This document shows, in pieces, positions 59,033 through 64,000 of a stretch of DNA of 64,000 nt. Location: positions 36,704,001 to 36,768,000 of the forward strand of contig OZ024753.1 in NCBI GenBank assembly GCA_964016885.1, given 5' to 3'. The notes below the pieces were generated by a model. It saw only the letters and a list, made by a program, of their open reading frames with translations. It was not told the origin of the DNA and made no database searches. A program made the position numbers and the translations under genes. Position 1 is the stretch's first letter. Every line of letters begins with the position of its first letter. Source of the DNA: Eledone cirrhosa (Eukaryota).

Positions 59033-59090
59033 ACTCTATCTCTATATATCTATCTCACTATCTCTCACTCTTTATTTCTCTATCTCTCTC

Positions 59091-59148
<58 letters not shown>

Positions 59149-59320
59149 GTCTTCTTCTTTTTCTTCAGGTTCTTATTCTTATATTTCTCTTCTCTTCTGT
59201 TTCTTCTTCTTTCTGTTCCTCTTTTTCTACTTCATCTTCCTCTACGTGTATTCTTCCTTCTCTCCCTCTTACTCTCCTTCCTACTCCTCCTCTTCCCCCT
59301 CTCCTTCCTCATCTCATTGA

Positions 59321-59395
<75 letters not shown>

Positions 59396-59946
59396 CATCA
59401 TCATCCTCATCATCATCATCATCTTATTGTTATTATTATTATTTAGCTATTGTTATTTTATGTGTGTACGTTTGTGTGTGTGTTTTTGTTGGTGTTGGTG
59501 TTGTTGTTGGTGTTGTTGTTGTTGTTGCTGTTGTTGTTGTTGTTGTTGTTGTCGTTGATGTTGTTGTTGTTGGTGTTTTTGTTGTAGAATTGCTGTAACA
59601 GGATTTGAATGAAAGGCGGAATTTTAATATTGTGAAATACAAGTCGGGTGAACAATAATTGCCTGTTTGGTGATGGTGGCAGCGGCGGAGTGGGGCCCAT
59701 GATGGTAAAGAACAGCAATGTAAAAGAAAGACAATCAAATCACACAGCAACATACGCATGTATACACACTCAGACACACACACACGCGCGCACACACACA
59801 TACAAAGTTCTATTGACACATACACAGGCACATGTACTCTCAAACACACACAAACTGCAACACACACAGTCACACGCGGCAACACACACATACAGGGATG
59901 CTCATTCACACACACATAATCTTACCACTATATATATATATATATG

Positions 59947-60141
<195 letters not shown>

Positions 60142-60182
60142 GTATGTATATATATATGTATATATGTATATATATATATATA

Positions 60183-60364
60183 AAATTGTTTCTACTTTAG
60201 GCACAGGGCCAGCAAATACCCAGTGCATTACTGGTACTTTATTTTATCGACCTCGTAAGGATGAAAGGCAAAGTCAACCTCGGCGGGATTTGAACTCAGA
60301 TCGTAAAGGGACGTAACTATGCTGGAAAAAGCATGGCGTCTGACGCTCTACCGATACTGCCAAA
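60183..60364 (-). mobile_element. SINE family 1, near full-length
   Basis: Reverse-complement match to 39616-39805. Confidence 0.9.
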
Positions 60365-60637
60365 TATATAAATATATATAATGACATCAAGAACATACCG
60401 ACACAGATGCAACTAAACAGAGGTAGTATATACATTAACATAGATAGTATATACATTAAACAACATAGGAAGAGAAGGTAATCTGTCAATATGACATGAA
60501 ACCTAGAAAGTATATGTATAACATCTCACAATCTATTATATATATATATATATATACAGTATGTTTCTTCTATTCCATACCGGTAGAAATATAACGAAAT
60601 AAGTTGAAAATACACTTGGAGTCTTAAAGATTTACAA

Positions 60638-60678
60638 TAACTTTACCGGTTTCACTATTTCATGATTGTCAAACGTTA
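60638..60678 (-). ncRNA. Decayed hammerhead-like motif, U3-A8 type, related to 28102-28141
   Basis: TAACGT-TTGACAA-[weak helix II]-GAAA-CCGG-TA-AAGTTA. It shares the TGGAGTCTT flank with the 28-kb copy. Confidence 0.45.
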
Positions 60679-60687
60679 ATTGAGAGC

Positions 60688-60873
<186 letters not shown>

Positions 60874-60980
60874 TTCATGGCCTGTTTTATAATTCACTGG
60901 TCACATCACATACGTTTTTCTCATTTTTAACCTCTCTGATAATAGATAAGCATAGTTGTCTCCCTTTTCCTTCACACACA

Positions 60981-61012
<32 letters not shown>

Positions 61013-61342
61013 TACATACATACATACACGCAACAACACCAGCAGCCATGCAATCACACACTGATACATATACAAATTATATACAAGTGCACATAGAGGC
61101 AACCATACGCTTACACAGAAGCAGCAGTACTCACACTTTTTACCTATACACCATATGTAATGACACCACTTAACTGAGCACACATAGACACTCACCCACA
61201 TACAGAGAGAGAGGCAATCATACATCCACACAGGCACACTTATACATATACGCCGTATACATAAATACAGTTTATCCATAAACAAACATATATACGTAGA
61301 GGGAACCACACAAACGCACACACATATATATTCATATATATC

Positions 61343-61430
<88 letters not shown>

Positions 61431-61440
61431 TATATATATA

Positions 61441-61661
61441 TATATTTATTGTATAGAAGGAGCTTCTACAGGACTAGTACTGTTTCATTCAGTTGAAATC
61501 TTCATAGTAAGTAAGGTACTCAATACATGGCAGAGTAAAATATGAGTACCTTAAATGTGAGTACCTTACTTACTTCCTTCTATACAATAAATATATTTTA
61601 CTCTGCCATGTATTGAGTACCTTACTTACTGTGGTTATCCCCGACTCAACCCGGGACCTAC

Positions 61662-61663
<2 letters not shown>
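61441..61663. mobile_element. PLE-like family B, multiply rearranged copy
   Basis: HHR-like segment at 61472-61504 (-), several inverted pieces of GTATTGAGTACCTTACTTACT, and a 3' end matching the reverse complement of 26697-26770. Confidence 0.75.
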
Positions 61664-61722
<59 letters not shown>

Positions 61723-61877
61723 TATAATATATATATATGCATACATATATATTTATATATACATATATTTATATATATACATATATATGATGTCCACGGA
61801 TTATCTGTTACAAACACAATTATCAGGGCGAAACAGATTAAATCCATAATGTATAGTTATTGAAGCGGTCTGTATAT

Positions 61878-62004
61878 ATTTTATTTTATTTTATTTTATT
61901 TTATTTTATTTTATTTTATTTTATTTTATTTTATTTTATTTTATTTTTTTTTATTTTATTTTATTTTATTTTATTTTATTTTATTTTATTTTATTTTATT
62001 TTAT
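61878..62004. repeat. (TTTTA)n pentanucleotide repeat
   Basis: Seen directly in the sequence. Confidence 0.95.
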
Positions 62005-62184
62005 GTATATTCCGCTTGCTTCAGATTGAATTTCTCAAACAAATGTGGTATTTCAACCCTCGTAATTTTAAACACACTATTTACTGTTTATTACTACATA
62101 TATTATTGAAATGCTCAGTATTTATACTTTGAGCTTGTTAATTACAGGGTATCAGTATGAGTTATTAACTCTGTCTTTTATTTG

Positions 62185-62244
<60 letters not shown>

Positions 62245-62270
62245 AATATATATATACATATATATATATA

Positions 62271-62362
<92 letters not shown>

Positions 62363-62482
62363 TATATAAGTTGTAATAAAATGAAAACGAAATTTCATTT
62401 CTCACTCTTAGTACGGCACTTACTCAAATGCATGCTACTGTACGTCTGTATACATATATGTATGTACGTATACATACATACT

Positions 62483-62542
<60 letters not shown>

Positions 62543-62987
62543 CATAAATTATCTATGTACAAACACACCCGTGCGCATAGAGAAACGCACACACACTCAA
62601 CACACACACACTCTCTCAAACACACACAAACATACAAATACATATACGTAGTGAAGCCATCATACATTCACCACTGACACCTTTTATACATTTATACATA
62701 TACTACAAATACATGAAGATATATCTGTATAGATACGTTTGCCTTAAAACCTCCATGTGTAATAAAACGTAAGTACAGTTGTACAGGTCGATATGGATAT
62801 ATGGACTGAGAGATGTCAAAGATATATAATAGAAAACAAAGTATTTTGGGGTTAGTTGATGATATGTAGCCTCGCTTAAACTATGTAATATTAAAATGGC
62901 TGCCAGCTCATATTCAGTTTGTGCTGCATCCACACACACACATATATATATATATATGTATATGTATATGTATATATATACATATAC

Positions 62988-63043
<56 letters not shown>

Positions 63044-63165
63044 ATGCAGCACAAACTGATATATATGTGTGTGTGTGTATGTATGTATATATATATATAT
63101 ATATGTGTATATATATATATATATGTATATATATATACATATATATATGTATATATATATATATG

Positions 63166-63334
<169 letters not shown>

Positions 63335-63385
63335 ATACATATGTGTGTGTGTTAGTATATATATATATTTATAAACACACATATT

Positions 63386-63422
<37 letters not shown>

Positions 63423-63641
63423 ATAATGGCGACGAGGCGTCCGGCTTTATTATAGAGTTGAATGTGTCCTTACTAATATATAATATATAATGTCTTTTGA
63501 TAATAACGATGACTGTTAGAATGTATTCATTCATTGGCATCGCCTTTGCTTTTGCTTTTGCTTAAGATATGATGTCCAGCGTTATCTATTTGTTCCGGTA
63601 AATATGTGAATGATTGACTCAGTGTGTGTGTTCTTCGTACG

Positions 63642-64000
63642 TGTAATGTATATATGTGTATGGTATTCTATGCGAGCCTCTCGTATATTTGTATATGTGT
63701 AATGTATATATGTGTATGGAGTTCTATGCGAGCCTCTCGTATATCTGTATATGTGTAATGTATATATGTGTATGGAGTTCTATGCGAGCCTCTCGTATAT
63801 CTGTATATGTGTAATGCATGTATATGTGTAATGTATATATGTGTATGGTATTCTATGCGAGCCTCTCGTATATCTGTATATGTGTAATGCATGTATATGT
63901 GTAATGTATATATGTGTATGGAGTTCTATGCGAGCCTCTCGTATATCTGTATATGTGTAATGTATATATGTGTATGGAGTTCTATGCGAGCCTCTCGTAT
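63642..64000. repeat. 56/73-bp minisatellite running off the window end
   Basis: CTATGCGAGCCTCTCGTAT at 63668, 63724, 63780, 63853, 63926 and 63982. Confidence 0.92.

Overview
AT-rich, microsatellite-saturated eukaryotic non-coding DNA, intergenic or intronic. The SINE repertoire resembles cephalopod (octopus-like) genomes; this is an inference from remembered consensus sequences, not a search. No intact host gene is supported, and nearly all supplied ORFs are translations of (TA)n/(CA)n/(GA)n or trinucleotide repeats. Protein remnants are limited to an R4/Dong-type restriction-like endonuclease fragment (35185-35463, -), an L1/Tx1-type RT fragment (52432-52652, +) and a probable RTE C-terminus (1-200). 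There are more than 20 copies of tRNA-derived SINEs, two Tc1/mariner MITEs and several minisatellites. The main signal is a set of sequence-unrelated, non-coding elements, mostly embedded in or abutting (TA)n tracts, that carry type I hammerhead ribozyme (HHR) motifs. About 11 cores are near-complete and 8 are partial or degenerate, many with palindromic helix III and several with a U3-A8 swap of the C3-G8 pair. They occur in tandem and inverted arrangements typical of Penelope-like element (PLE) pseudo-LTRs and retrozymes. The best example is a 591-bp tandem unit plus an inverted copy at 13963-15128 with three HHRs. All structures were folded by eye and none has been tested.
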